Shown: one piece after another, positions 63,290-64,000 of the stretch
How the letters are laid out: each line of letters begins with the position of its first letter
How positions within the stretch are numbered: the stretch's first letter is position 1
Origin: Ptychomitrium polyphyllum
Taxonomy: Eukaryota
Direction: 5' to 3'
Length of the DNA: 64,000 bases
Assembly (NCBI GenBank): GCA_973851085.1
Contig: OZ316775.1
Span: 22,754,001 to 22,818,000, forward strand
Position numbers and translations under genes: made by a program
The notes under the pieces: generated by a model
What the model was told of the DNA's origin: nothing
The model's input: only the letters and a program-made list of their open reading frames with translations
Database searches by the model: none

Positions 63290-64000
63290 ACCCTCACTTG
63301 GTACGTAGGTGCATTTTTGAAACAAAGTGGCTCTAGACTTGGGTCATGTGCAAGCATGACCTATGGGAGCGAGGGAGGCATTGGGGGCGCTTTCGCCCAT
63401 GGCGGGGGCGACCTTGCGCAACCTGGGCCTGTACCATCGGCCACACTATTTCCTTGCTTTGGGGTCACGAACACCATAGCCCCCAACACTCTCTCGCGTC
63501 CCGACGGATTTTCGTTTCCGTCCCCCCATCCTCTTTTTCCTTTTGGTCGTTGTAGCGCTCCCCTCTGCATTCATCTCCGTTTTGCTGTACCCCTCATCTG
63601 GGCTGTGTCTCGTGCGTATTCTAGTTGGTGACACAGGCTTTCGTTGTTTTGGTCCTTCGGTGGTGTTCCTTGGGTTACGTTTGTTCGTTTAAGTTCTCTT
63701 GGGTGCAGGCAAACCCTATGGAAGGTCAACTTGACCGTCAATTGAGACCCGATTTAACCTCGAGGAGACGCACACGATTGATAAGCGGTGTTCGTTTGGG
63801 GTGGACAGGTCACCGAGTTGGTGCTAAGTGATGGTCTTGGATGTCATTCGAAGCATGCATTGGAAGCTCTTCAGCTGATGAGCGATCGAGTGTTACTGCG
63901 ACTTCGTGTAATTCCGTGCGAGATCTTCCTTCAGCAGGAAGGTATGATGTCGCTTTGCAGTGTTGATGGGTCGAACTTGAGTTGAGAATATTGAACGCCA
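63290..64000 (+). promoter_or_regulatory. GC-rich promoter/5'-leader-like region of a gene probably lying beyond the right edge
   Basis: Abrupt AT-to-GC transition at ~63290, pyrimidine-rich tracts, an acceptor-like TGCAG at ~63708 and a telo-box-like AAACCCTA at ~63711. No recognisable protein. Confidence 0.35.

Noticed and set aside
63718..63831. 37-aa ORF MEGQLDRQLRPDLTSRRR... at the right edge
   Set aside because: No homology recognised, and it cannot be evaluated without downstream sequence.

Overview
Eukaryotic, intron-rich nuclear DNA from an early-diverging land plant with flagellated sperm. It is most likely a moss such as Physcomitrium; this is inferred from an intact IFT70 gene, land-plant KCBP/VPS8/PAT17/LEA genes and the AT-rich TE relics. 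Nine protein-coding genes are supported. (1) An intronless TKL/Raf-like kinase running off the left edge (+). (2) A 7-exon FAR-17a/AIG1-family membrane protein (-) that the ORF track misses. (3) KCBP/ZWICHEL kinesin-14 (+). (4) An NT-C2 domain protein with a myosin-tail/DIL-like C-terminus (+). (5) IFT70/TTC30 (+). (6) VPS8 (+). (7) Cofactor-independent phosphoglycerate mutase (+). (8) A LEA_1/group-4 LEA protein (+). (9) A PAT17-like DHHC S-acyltransferase (-). Between the genes lie a decayed Gypsy-like LTR retrotransposon whose LTR carries a 31-bp palindromic tandem array, a decayed Mutator-like transposase, and several SSRs. I cannot support a clear new multi-gene system. The best leads are the AIG1-like locus (apparent His-to-Asn change at the putative catalytic base, two candidate poison exons, an overlapping poly-Arg uORF), a tandemly duplicated exon in the NT-C2/DIL-like gene, an MLKL-related kinase with intact catalytic motifs, and three GC-AG introns. 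Gene models were spliced by hand and family assignments are from recalled motifs, not searches.
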